A DNA stretch of 58,468 nucleotides from a virus (Duplodnaviria > Caudoviricetes), in the IMG/VR virus record IMGVR_UViG_3300032318_000380, positions 1 through 58,468 of that record. One strand, given 5' to 3'. Of this stretch, positions 10,547-19,951 are shown one piece after another (position 1 is the first letter of the stretch; each line of letters begins with the position of its first letter). The notes under the pieces were generated by a model that did not search any database, was not told where the DNA came from, and saw only the letters and a list, made by a program, of their open reading frames with translations. Made by a program: the position numbers and the translations under genes.

Positions 10547-11439
10547 TGCAATTTCCCTTCTTTCTTCAGCGCAACCTTGTTTTTGGCGTACTCTTCAGGG
10601 GTCATGCCCATGATGCCAGCCATTTCGCGCTCTTCACGGGTCAGGGTGACGGCATTCCTGCCGCCAGAACCGTTGGAAGCAGCCCTTGAGGACGGCGCGG
10701 CAGGCGGAGGAGCCTTCCGGGCCATGGGTTTTGCCGCCATGGATGTCGGTTCTTCCTCATAATCCTGCTGAACAGCCGTCTGAGGCTTGCGGTAGCCCAT
10801 CTGGCGCTCAATTTCCGCGAAATACTCATCGGTATCCGCCTGAAAACCGTCAGCAACCGCGATATTGTGCGCGCCGACCATCTTCATGTAGAGCCGCTTG
10901 TCACGGACACACTCAGGATGCGACCTTACCCATGCCGCAGAGCGCGGAGAAAGCTGCGAAGCAATAGCCTCAACCGGGTCAGCAGGCATTTCTGGCTGTT
11001 GTCGGGGCGGCGTCTTGAGCCTTTCGCTCAGAGCCGCCTTGCCGTTCTCTAACTGGAGCAGCTTTGCCCCATTGATTGACATCTGGGACTGGATTTCAGC
11101 CGCCTGATCAAACGCGCCAGCCTGCATAGCCGCCGCATAGTCACGCTTCAGCATGGTGTTGGTGCGGTTTACGCTGTCAATCGCACTGACGATAAGCTGG
11201 AGATTGCTGTCCTGCACCTCATAAGAGGCCTTGGAGGCGGAGTTCTCAGCCATGCGGGCGCGCTTTTCAGCCTCAGCACGGGCGTTGCGCTCCATGTCAA
11301 GCTGCTGTTTAAGCGCCTCAATGCCAATTTCAGGAGAAATTTCATCGCCCCGGTCTTTCTGGGGAACGGATGAAGACGTTTCCGCCTCATCCGCAACAAT
11401 GACTTCCTCTTCCTTGCTTTCAATCTTTTCGTCTGACAT
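10543..11439 (-). CDS. Capsid scaffolding protein (putative)
   Basis: Acidic, coiled-coil 298 aa ending 'VTLTREEREMAGIMGMTPEEYAKNK'; position upstream of MCP. Confidence 0.7.
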   Translation of the reverse strand: MSDEKIESKEEEVIVADEAETSSSVPQKDRGDEISPEIGIEALKQQLDMERNARAEAEKRARMAENSASKASYEVQDSNLQLIVSAIDSVNRTNTMLKRDYAAAMQAGAFDQAAEIQSQMSINGAKLLQLENGKAALSERLKTPPRQQPEMPADPVEAIASQLSPRSAAWVRSHPECVRDKRLYMKMVGAHNIAVADGFQADTDEYFAEIERQMGYRKPQTAVQQDYEEEPTSMAAKPMARKAPPPAAPSSRAASNGSGGRNAVTLTREEREMAGIMGMTPEEYAKNKVALKKEGKLQ

Positions 11440-11976
11440 TTAAACAGTCACCTGCATTAGTTTGTTTCCTTTTGCGCGGTTTTCTTTTCTCGTCAGGATT
11501 TGTAAGTTCCAAGGAACATGCAAACCAGCTACGTTTTTGTGGTTAATTGGAATAATATGATCAACTTCATGCGGGACGCCCGTCTGGGTTGAGCGCGCCA
11601 CGGCTAAATCATAAAATTCTTGAAGCTGAGCTTTGTGAATTGCGTCAAGCCAGTGCGGCGTAGCATTAAGTTCAGCCGCCCTTCTCTTGTTGTCGCTCAC
11701 TCTTTGCTTCGCGCGAAACTCTTCACCACGAACATCGCACTGAGTTTTGTACCACTCACGTCCATAATTTGGATTTTTTTCCAGCCTGCGCCTGTTGTAG
11801 GCCCGCGCAAGCTTTTTGCGATGCTCAGGGTTGCGTTCGCGCCATGCTTTAGTTATGGCAGAACCGCAATTTTTACAGTACGGCCTATAACCATCACGAC
11901 ATTCTGAGTGTTTGCCAAAATCAAAAATTGGCTTTTCCTGATTGCAGGAATTACACAACTTTAGCATGCTTACCAA
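11440..11976 (-). CDS. HNH homing endonuclease
   Basis: N-term CxxC...CxxC; 'RRAAELNATPHW...EVDHIIPI...GLHVPWNLQILTRKENRAKGN'; AT-rich. Confidence 0.85.
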   Translation of the reverse strand: MVSMLKLCNSCNQEKPIFDFGKHSECRDGYRPYCKNCGSAITKAWRERNPEHRKKLARAYNRRRLEKNPNYGREWYKTQCDVRGEEFRAKQRVSDNKRRAAELNATPHWLDAIHKAQLQEFYDLAVARSTQTGVPHEVDHIIPINHKNVAGLHVPWNLQILTRKENRAKGNKLMQVTV

Positions 11977-12362
11977 ACACTATCTGGGGCGGGAATGCGC
12001 CCACGAATATCGGTATCATCCAAAATACGGCAGAGTTGCCCATGAACGGTAATGGCCCACCCATCGCTGGGCCTGAAGTAAATCCAGTCACCAACGTCCA
12101 GATTGACACCCTTGAACCACTTGCCGCTGTCATCCACGAAGGCATCAGCGCCCTTCTTGATAATCAAGCCGACCTTGCCCTGATACTTGTCTTCCTCGCG
12201 GGTCTGCGCGGAAAGATACAGGCCGCTCTTGGTCTTCTCCGGGCGGATGTAAATGGCAACCAGCACTTGATTGTGAAAAATCTCAATGTCGCTGATGTTG
12301 CCCATTTCTTTGCGGATCATCTCCGCCGGGTCAGTGTCGTGTTCCATACGCATGTATGGCAT
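11970..12362 (-). CDS. groES: GroES-like co-chaperonin
   Basis: 'NQVLV...EKTKSGLYL...GLIIKKG..AF...VGDWIYF...CRILDDTDI'. Confidence 0.8.
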   Translation of the reverse strand: MPYMRMEHDTDPAEMIRKEMGNISDIEIFHNQVLVAIYIRPEKTKSGLYLSAQTREEDKYQGKVGLIIKKGADAFVDDSGKWFKGVNLDVGDWIYFRPSDGWAITVHGQLCRILDDTDIRGRIPAPDSVW

Positions 12363-12578
12363 TTACTTCTCTCCCTGTTCTGCCTTTGCTATCTCAGTGT
12401 TAACTTCGCCAATCAATTCATGAGCGATGTTAAGACCCCGTATGATGCCCGCCTGAAACTTGTAATCGGCAAAATCCTGAGCGTTGCCAGCAACAATGCG
12501 CTCGCTTTCACGCTCCGCAGCCTCGTTGAGGCGCTTGGCATACAGCTTCTGCCAGAAAGTATCGTAGGTTTGCACCAT
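12363..12578 (-). CDS. Hypothetical protein
   Basis: Short helical ORF ('GNAQDFADYKFQAGIIRGL') abutting groES; start uncertain. Confidence 0.6.
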   Translation of the reverse strand: MVQTYDTFWQKLYAKRLNEAAERESERIVAGNAQDFADYKFQAGIIRGLNIAHELIGEVNTEIAKAEQGEK

Positions 12579-12758
12579 GCCGCAGATGTAAAGATTGGCA
12601 GAAAGTAAATCCATTTACATAGGCAATTATGTAAACGTCTATGCACTAAAAGTTAAAGGGCCAGCGTTAGCCAGCCCTTTGTTAATTTGGTGCCACAAGG
12701 GGAAGCGAGACTTCTCACCTACTTCCATCCGGCAGGGATGGCCCCCTGTAGCGGCGTC

Positions 12759-14342
12759 TCAGTATGATTTCTTCCCGTAGGCGTCAATCTTCTGAAGACG
12801 GCCAACGCCAGAACCAGAGCCAGCGGTCATGCCAAGGCCACCGCCATCAGCACGGCCCGGACGCGCGCCATACCACTCACCCTTCTGGAGCCTGCCCTCA
12901 CCGGAGCCAGCGCCAGCAGTCATGTGCTTGGTGCGGCCACCGTCACGGCGGGGCATCGGTCCTTCAGGGCCATTGGCACCCATGGCACCAATCATCGCGC
13001 CCAGATCAGGGGGCGCACCCACCGGGCCAGCACCCGGAGGCATCGGAGGCGGCATCGGCGGGCCACCCATCGGCAACGGCATGCCCGGAGGCATCGGAGG
13101 CAGCATCGGAGCGCCGGGGATGGGCATCGCAGGGGCCTTCGGCTCAGAGTTGATGGTGATGTTGATCACCGGGACCCTGCTGCTGCCCTTAGACTGCTTG
13201 TCAGTCTTGGCCTTGGGGTTGTTCATCTCTTCCCCGAAACCGCCGCCAGCGGCCTTCCCAATGCGTCCACCAGCCTTGCGGGCCTTGCGCTCACCTTCGT
13301 CCTCTTCCGCCTCTTCCTGCTCATGGTTGAGGTAGGCCTTCATGGCAGCGCCAACAGCGTGACCAATGGCCTTGTGGGCGTCATGGTCCACCTTGCCGCC
13401 TTTGGCATAGTTTGGCTCCACCAGAGGGCGGTCCTCATAGGGATCGCTCCCAAGAAGGCGTATCATCTTAGCCCTATCAGCGGCGCTGATGCTGGGCGAA
13501 CTCGGGATGGGCTTTACCATGCGCTTGGCTTGGTCAGGAGAAATGACCGGGCTTTTGCGGGTGTTCATAGTCATCCCTTCAGCGTAGGGATCGCGGCCCG
13601 CCATAAGAGCAGCCGCTTCCTTGGCAGACAGGCCACCGCCAGTGTCTTTGCCCTTGCGCAGGCCCGCCAGTGTTTTGGCGAGATTGGCGCGCTTCGCCAG
13701 CTTGGGGTTGTCGGACTTCGCAGCCTTCTCAAGCTTCTTGGCGGGAATTTTCTCGCCCATGGGGACGCCCAGAGACTTATGGAGCGCACCCGGCTTCTTG
13801 ATGGCCCCGGCAATCCAATTCTTATCGTTCTTATCGGTCTTACCGCCGGACTTCAGGCCCTTGGCGGACTGCTGCTTGTCGTGCTTCTCATCCAGCTTGG
13901 ACTTCTCCCAAGCCGCCATGGACATGCCGTGCTTCTTGGCAAGCTTCTTGTCCTGCTTCAGGTCGGACTTGGAATGCTCCCAAGTCTCCTTGGAGACCTT
14001 GCCGCCCTTCTTCATGCCGCCAACGTGCTTGATGCCATCACGTTCCTGATTGGCTTCCTTCACGTTGCGGTTAACAAGGCTGTTGGCGGTGATCGCCTTG
14101 CCACCGCTCTGGCGCTTCTTGCGGTCAGCACGGCCACCGCACATCTTGCCTTCCGGCTTGGCGTCAACCTTGCCGCCCTTCTTGTAGGTACGGCGGCTGA
14201 TCGGCCTCATGCCAGTCTTGGCATCAGCGTTCAGCAGATCGTAGGCTTCCCACCCAGAAGCATCAACCGAACCCTTCAGGGGGGCAGTCATGCGGGTGAT
14301 CTTGTCGTTCATGGCCTTCTTGGCCTGCTTGCGATATTCCAT
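12759..14342 (-). CDS. Lys-rich modular internal virion protein with many xxGG motifs
   Basis: 527 aa; about 11 [KRYM]xxGG motifs separating basic modules; duplicated MTAG.GSG.GRLQK; AAGGAG SD. Confidence 0.75.
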   Translation of the reverse strand: MEYRKQAKKAMNDKITRMTAPLKGSVDASGWEAYDLLNADAKTGMRPISRRTYKKGGKVDAKPEGKMCGGRADRKKRQSGGKAITANSLVNRNVKEANQERDGIKHVGGMKKGGKVSKETWEHSKSDLKQDKKLAKKHGMSMAAWEKSKLDEKHDKQQSAKGLKSGGKTDKNDKNWIAGAIKKPGALHKSLGVPMGEKIPAKKLEKAAKSDNPKLAKRANLAKTLAGLRKGKDTGGGLSAKEAAALMAGRDPYAEGMTMNTRKSPVISPDQAKRMVKPIPSSPSISAADRAKMIRLLGSDPYEDRPLVEPNYAKGGKVDHDAHKAIGHAVGAAMKAYLNHEQEEAEEDEGERKARKAGGRIGKAAGGGFGEEMNNPKAKTDKQSKGSSRVPVINITINSEPKAPAMPIPGAPMLPPMPPGMPLPMGGPPMPPPMPPGAGPVGAPPDLGAMIGAMGANGPEGPMPRRDGGRTKHMTAGAGSGEGRLQKGEWYGARPGRADGGGLGMTAGSGSGVGRLQKIDAYGKKSY

Positions 14343-14369
14343 GCCCGTCTCCTTGGGGTTTAAGCGAGA

Positions 14370-14762
14370 TTACAGTTTTTCCGTCATTCTGCCAATCATT
14401 CTCGCAAGCCTGATGGCGGCCTTGATGTCTTCCTCAAGATTAGCGTCAACGTCATCGTCTACTGAGCCGCCAGATGCGTATTTAGAGGAAAGAAATTGCA
14501 TCATGGCGTCAAATGGCATCGCAGGTCTTCCAGCACCCTGCGGTTGCGGGGAACGGAAGCCTGCAAAGCCTGCTTGATCATTACCCCCGCGATCCTTCAT
14601 GCGGGGGGTGGCAATCATATTGAGCAGATTGAATAACTGAGGACGGGATTGCATAAAGGAACTAAATCCCCCGCCGTCCTGTGATCCGGTGTTCTGTGGG
14701 CCAGCATTCTGAATACCAGCGTTCATAGAACCCGTGCTTCCGCCGCCTTTTGTGCCGCCCAT
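14370..14762 (-). CDS. Small low-complexity protein with YASGGSV and IKAAIRLAR motifs
   Basis: 130 aa ORF tightly packed between neighbours. Confidence 0.6.
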   Translation of the reverse strand: MGGTKGGGSTGSMNAGIQNAGPQNTGSQDGGGFSSFMQSRPQLFNLLNMIATPRMKDRGGNDQAGFAGFRSPQPQGAGRPAMPFDAMMQFLSSKYASGGSVDDDVDANLEEDIKAAIRLARMIGRMTEKL

Positions 14763-14763
14763 G

Positions 14764-17700
14764 TCAGTAATTCCTTGTCAGTTCTAATGCTTCGTTAACA
14801 AAAAGGTCAGCCTCTGTGCTATCCGGGGAGAGATACGATCCCGCGCCCATGACAGCGGCAGTTGCTTTTGGATTTCTGCGAGCAAAGCCAAGGGCAGAAC
14901 GGCCAGCGGTTTTGAGCGCAGCCGCAGTCTGAGGCGTCAAGACAGCATTAAGCGCCAACCCTATAGGATCATCATTAAGGCGGCTTTCAGCAACGTCTAT
15001 TCCCAGCGCAATCGGAGCGGCAGCGCCAGAGAAATAAAGCGGCATCGTTTTGAAGTCATATGCACTTTGGGCCATGTTCTGAAGCCCTTCGGCCACATTG
15101 TACGGCGCGCTTCCAAGCGGGTATTCGCCGCCAAACAACGGCATGTTAATTTTCATGTCCGTGCGCGGAACAGGCGCGTCATGCGTCATTGACTGGGTGC
15201 TATACGGCTGAGAAGCCTTGGCCCGTTGAGCATTTTCATAGTAATCAACCTCACTTGCCAGCCGCATTTCTTCCCCTAGTTCTGGGTATTGAGCAGCAAA
15301 CTCAGCCTTCGCCTCTGGCGGCATGGCATTCCAATACTCAAGATCAGTAGGCTCACGATCACGCTTTATGCCACCCATTGCCTCTGCAATGTAAGCTTTC
15401 TTGGCCGCCATTTGTTGGGCGGCTTTGTCGGGATAACGTGGCTCTACTGGTGCCACGCTTTGCGGAACATTTGCGCCCTCCAGAGCAGCGTATGTTGCCT
15501 GCATGTCATCTTGTGACGCAGCGCCGCCAACATCCTTGGCAATGCGGAGAGCGTCATCAACGACACCTCCGTCAGCCTTCTCGTATGTCCACGGCGGCAT
15601 GATGCCCGTCTTCTGGTCGGCGTAAATCGTCTCAGCCGCATTGGCTCCACGGTTGTAGCTGCCATACGGGCCAAAGTTCAGCCAGCTATTCTGACCGCGC
15701 GTTTCGCTTGCCATGGCGGGGCGGGCCTCCGGTGAGTACATGCGGCTGTGCAGCTTGAAGGCCCGCTCCTCACCCGGTGCGCGGAAAAACGGATTGCCGG
15801 GGCCGTAGTGGCCGTACAGGTCATGCACGATGCGGAAGGCATCATTGACCGTTGCGTTCTCAAGGTCACCCAGAGGGCCGATGCGCGTCAGCAGCGGGTT
15901 GTTAACGGGGTCAAAGGCTACATCAGAACCAAAGCCCTGCTCAGTCGGGAAGACATACAGGTGGCCGCGCTCCGCCAGATCAGCGTAGCCCATGCCGGGA
16001 GAGGACTTGTAGGGGTCTTCGCCACGGATAAAGCTGAAGTCTATACCCGCCTGCTTTGCAGCCTCAAGCTGATCCAGCGTCTCCTGAGCCAGCGCATCAT
16101 AGGCGCGCTTGACCTCCGGGTCCGTAGGCGCGTGCTTCATCTCACCGTATGCACCAGCAACACGGCGGGCAAAGTCCTCATCCAACGGCGGGAAAGCGTC
16201 AATGGTATGCTCACCGGGCCTGCCAAGGCGCTTCATATAGCCCTCAGCCGCGCTCTCAAGAGATGGCAGGGGCTTGGCCTCAACCTCACCGATGCCGGGA
16301 AGCTTGACCGTTGCAGGCTTGCCGGGAAGGCCTTTGTAGCCAGACCCTGCCTTGGTCAGGGCTTCCAGACCCTCCCTTTCAGACGGGCCAAAAAAAGACT
16401 TCACGATTTTGGTGAATGCGCCGCCACCGCCTTTGGCAATGCGAATGGCATTGTCAATGTCCTCTTCTCCATCCTCACCCATAGCACCGACAGCAAGCGC
16501 ACCAGCAGGTGCAGCAATGCCATAGATCGGCATATCACCGCGCACCAAACCGCGCCGCACGACCTCTTCAGGAGGTACGCCAGTAAGGCGGCTTGTGCGC
16601 TCAATCGCTTCATTGACATGCTGGATCATTGGCATGCCCTGATAGCCGCCCTTACCCTTGCTTTTTAGGCCAGCCCAAGTGACCTCTTGGAAGTATCGCG
16701 GGTCAACATCGTATTCACGGGCCAGCATGTTGATGGCCTCTTCATAAGGGCCGTACCACTCTGGCATCTGGAGCTTGGGGTCAAAACCCTTTGACATTTG
16801 TTCGTCAATGGTCGGCTCTTTGTAGCCCAAGAAATTGTTTTGGAAGTTAAGCCGCTTTGGATTGTCGGGAGTTATCTCCTTCTCCATGTTGCGGCCAAAC
16901 ATGCCCATGTTGGAAGATGCGAAACGCCCGCCAATCGGGAATGGCATGTCATAGGCCGCCTCTGGTATCGGCAGGCCTTTTTCGCGCAGGAAATTGCCAT
17001 AATAAGACATGAGAAGATTGGATGTCGGATCAGCGCCGCCAGTGGTCAGCGCCATTGGTTTTGCAAAACGCTCCTTGAACTGCTTGCGCCCTTCCTCAGG
17101 CCCAAGTTCTTCAACGAACTTGTCCTCAAGCTGCTTCATAAAGTACCAGTTTTCAGCAACGTCCTTTTGCTCAAGGCCAGCAGTGTAGCCTTCACGCAAG
17201 CGTGAAAGACCTTCCGGGTCAAACGCCATGGCCCGGTACTTGGCCTGTGTTTCAGGCCGCACAGGCTTAACATCAATGGTTTTGCCCGTGCTGGGATAGT
17301 TAGACGGGTCAACGTCTGCACGCGCTCTTACATCAAAAAACGGATCATAGGAGCCAGCGTCAATGTCCTTCTGGATGACATCACGGGCCTTCTGGACCGC
17401 CAGCGCCTCAGGGGACAAGTCCTTGGCTAGATATTCTTTGCCTGTCTTTTTATCAAATGCCGTAACAGGCGGAGCCACTTCAGGGTAACGCTCTGCAAGT
17501 TCAGGGAAGACGCGGTTTGGCGTGCGCCCGGTTACCGCGTCAACAATGCTTCCAACCACATTTTTAACAACGCGCCCTTTGCCAGCGTAACCTTCTCGCA
17601 CTTGCCCACCTTCCGCCTTGGTAATGTCGGGGTTTGTAAAGTCATACTCACCAGTGTTGCTGACAGCCGACTTCACGCGCTTGGGGTCAAACACAAGGAA

Positions 17701-18243
17701 CTCCTCATCACGCGCTTCCTGAAACCCAAGGCGCGCATCCATGGCCCTGTCGCCGTAGGGAATGGGGTTGTCACCGCCAAACACAACACCGTCATAGCCC
17801 TCTGCCTCCATGGCGGCGCGAGCTTCAGGCGTCATGATGCGGGGGAAGTTCCTGTCGCCACTCTGATACTTGGCGGCTGCTTCCTTGATCTTTCTCGGGT
17901 GATCCAGAACCAAGGGATTACGAACGTCAGCGTAAACAGGCATGACGTTAGCGCCTTCCTTGAACTGGCTGGTCAATTCGCCAGAGGGGCCGCGCTCTGC
18001 CGACTGATGATAGGCGGGCTGAAAGTCGGGATACGGGCTGAGGAAAACAGCAGGGCCACTGCGGTTCTCAGGTGACGCGCGGAACTCAAAGATGTCCTCA
18101 GGCGTCATGTGATAGAGGCGCATGGGATCACCCTGCGGCGTCTTCAAGCGAGTATTGGCAAAGGCTTTCTTGGCGGCATCATTACCGCCACCCATGATCA
18201 GCTTCAGCGCCTGCTCAACAATATCGCCCTTACCCGCCATCAC
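14764..18243 (-). CDS. Polyvalent protein: ADP-ribosyltransferase-like + helical (HhH-like) + zincin-like domains
   Basis: YHMT...AVFLS...VMPVY...GYDGV...EEFLVFDP..VKS (ART-PolyVal pattern); NPKRLNFQNNFLG...TID; NDAFRIVHDLYGH...GEE...ETRGQNSW. Confidence 0.7.
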   Translation of the reverse strand: MMAGKGDIVEQALKLIMGGGNDAAKKAFANTRLKTPQGDPMRLYHMTPEDIFEFRASPENRSGPAVFLSPYPDFQPAYHQSAERGPSGELTSQFKEGANVMPVYADVRNPLVLDHPRKIKEAAAKYQSGDRNFPRIMTPEARAAMEAEGYDGVVFGGDNPIPYGDRAMDARLGFQEARDEEFLVFDPKRVKSAVSNTGEYDFTNPDITKAEGGQVREGYAGKGRVVKNVVGSIVDAVTGRTPNRVFPELAERYPEVAPPVTAFDKKTGKEYLAKDLSPEALAVQKARDVIQKDIDAGSYDPFFDVRARADVDPSNYPSTGKTIDVKPVRPETQAKYRAMAFDPEGLSRLREGYTAGLEQKDVAENWYFMKQLEDKFVEELGPEEGRKQFKERFAKPMALTTGGADPTSNLLMSYYGNFLREKGLPIPEAAYDMPFPIGGRFASSNMGMFGRNMEKEITPDNPKRLNFQNNFLGYKEPTIDEQMSKGFDPKLQMPEWYGPYEEAINMLAREYDVDPRYFQEVTWAGLKSKGKGGYQGMPMIQHVNEAIERTSRLTGVPPEEVVRRGLVRGDMPIYGIAAPAGALAVGAMGEDGEEDIDNAIRIAKGGGGAFTKIVKSFFGPSEREGLEALTKAGSGYKGLPGKPATVKLPGIGEVEAKPLPSLESAAEGYMKRLGRPGEHTIDAFPPLDEDFARRVAGAYGEMKHAPTDPEVKRAYDALAQETLDQLEAAKQAGIDFSFIRGEDPYKSSPGMGYADLAERGHLYVFPTEQGFGSDVAFDPVNNPLLTRIGPLGDLENATVNDAFRIVHDLYGHYGPGNPFFRAPGEERAFKLHSRMYSPEARPAMASETRGQNSWLNFGPYGSYNRGANAAETIYADQKTGIMPPWTYEKADGGVVDDALRIAKDVGGAASQDDMQATYAALEGANVPQSVAPVEPRYPDKAAQQMAAKKAYIAEAMGGIKRDREPTDLEYWNAMPPEAKAEFAAQYPELGEEMRLASEVDYYENAQRAKASQPYSTQSMTHDAPVPRTDMKINMPLFGGEYPLGSAPYNVAEGLQNMAQSAYDFKTMPLYFSGAAAPIALGIDVAESRLNDDPIGLALNAVLTPQTAAALKTAGRSALGFARRNPKATAAVMGAGSYLSPDSTEADLFVNEALELTRNY

Positions 18244-19946
18244 ATGCCTCCTTGCAGCCCGCGCGCTACATTCAACGCGCCTGAAACTGAGTTGTTACCG
18301 CCCATAGACCTCTGCGGCCTGCTGGACTGGTAGTCTTGGTCCGCCATTGATGCAGCAAGAGCCTGCTTGGGATCAAGCTGTTCCATCAGATTGTAACCCA
18401 GCATGGCGGATGCGCCTGCGATGCCGTACTTGCGGATGATGGAGATGAGCTTGTCATCAAAGACAACGTAGTTGCGGGTGCCGTCACCTGCGCCGCGCGA
18501 TCCAGCGTCTAGGTACTTGATGCCGGGGATGCCTGCTTCTTTGAGAATTTCCGTCGCGGCCTCTTTAGATGGGAATGGATTTGTCCCAGCGGCGCGCTCT
18601 TTACCAAGGGCGCGATATACCTCATCCCCACCAGCATCAGGGCGCAGCATTGATTGCCTGCCGCTCAAATAGCCGTCATAAGGCCACGGTGACGGCTTAA
18701 ACCCTAGATTGTCTGTAAGTATTTTCTTTAGCGCGGGCTGCTCACTCAACGGCTTGTCCCAGTCTAGGAACTGGTTAGGGTCGGCGTTGATGTTGACTTC
18801 GTACATCTTGCCGGGGTTTTTTCTGAACTGCGCCGGGTCAAGGGCATTCAGTTCCGAAACAATATCCTGCATTCCTTTCATGCGTTCCGGCAAAAGCTTT
18901 TCAAGTTCTGGCTTTCCCTTTGAAAGGGAAGCCATCTTGTCTATGTAGCTTTGCCACACAATAACCTGATCCGCGATTGCCGCTTCTGGTGACATTCCAT
19001 CTGCCACCAATTTCGCAACCGAACTAACAGCCCCCGCTTTAGCGTTATCCATTGGATGAGAGTTTGCTACGGGCTGCCCATCGTATGACACTTGGCGCGA
19101 AAGCTTGTCCCGATACCCCTTTGCCACGCCCTCATTCTCGGCAAAATACAGCCCATTCCCGTAAGCCTGCGCGCCCTCGCCCGTGCCAATCTTGCTGATG
19201 TCAAACTTGTCAAAATCATGCGGCGTTCCATGATACGCCCTGATGCCTGTCTTTGTAGGCTCATCTGCGCCGCTAAAAATCTTGCCCGCCATCTTTACGA
19301 TGTCATCAATTGCACCGCCGGGGCCATAGCCCTCACGGCGCGGCAGATCAGACACGCCCGCAGCTTCGTTAATGGCCTTGACCTCATCGTCGGTAAGCAC
19401 GCGGTTGACCCGCATGTCGCCGCCAATCAGCCATTCGCCAGTCATGTTAGGGTTGGTCTTGTAGCGGTAATAGCCGCCATAAGGCACCTGATCCGTAATG
19501 TGGGCGGTCTTGGGGTCAGGCGTCCCCTTCTTGGTCATGCGGGCGCGTTCATTGGCGACCTTTTGCCAATCAACATCATTCGCCATCTCAACCTCCCCCC
19601 ATACCTGATTGGAGGGCCGCGTATCAGGCGGGAGGCTTGGATCACCGTGCGACTTTGCACCAATGTGCGTTGCAATTGGAAGATCACCAGCGTGCCAGCC
19701 GGGGCGATATGCAAGCTCGCCAATCCTTGACTTTACTTTTCCGCTTGCCGCTTGAGGGCCAGCCGTAGCCTTCACCCATTGGTTCATGGGAACTTCTTCG
19801 TTAGCGCCGACAAATAGCGGGTAAAGCTTGCCCCCTTCCTGCTTGAAAAGCTTGTAAGCCTTAACGGTATTTTGCGGCTCTGCGCCAGCAATCAACCTCA
19901 TGGCGGCGTCTACAACATCGCCAACAATTTTCTTCTTGCCCGCCAT
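18240..19946 (-). CDS. Polyvalent protein: uncharacterised N-domain + ADP-ribosyltransferase-like domain
   Basis: AYHGTPHDFDKFD..KIGTGEGAQAYG.GLYFAE...GIPGIKYLD...NYVVFDD; N-domain KAYKLF...LYPLFV...LAYRPGWH. Confidence 0.75.
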   Translation of the reverse strand: MAGKKKIVGDVVDAAMRLIAGAEPQNTVKAYKLFKQEGGKLYPLFVGANEEVPMNQWVKATAGPQAASGKVKSRIGELAYRPGWHAGDLPIATHIGAKSHGDPSLPPDTRPSNQVWGEVEMANDVDWQKVANERARMTKKGTPDPKTAHITDQVPYGGYYRYKTNPNMTGEWLIGGDMRVNRVLTDDEVKAINEAAGVSDLPRREGYGPGGAIDDIVKMAGKIFSGADEPTKTGIRAYHGTPHDFDKFDISKIGTGEGAQAYGNGLYFAENEGVAKGYRDKLSRQVSYDGQPVANSHPMDNAKAGAVSSVAKLVADGMSPEAAIADQVIVWQSYIDKMASLSKGKPELEKLLPERMKGMQDIVSELNALDPAQFRKNPGKMYEVNINADPNQFLDWDKPLSEQPALKKILTDNLGFKPSPWPYDGYLSGRQSMLRPDAGGDEVYRALGKERAAGTNPFPSKEAATEILKEAGIPGIKYLDAGSRGAGDGTRNYVVFDDKLISIIRKYGIAGASAMLGYNLMEQLDPKQALAASMADQDYQSSRPQRSMGGNNSVSGALNVARGLQGGM

Positions 19947-19951
19947 TTCAC

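Noticed and set aside
12924-14363. 479-aa plus-strand ORF (also 9111..9947, 15748..16668, 43883..44878, 47785..48843)
   Set aside because: Mirror-frame ORFs opposite well-supported genes, expected from GC-rich codon bias
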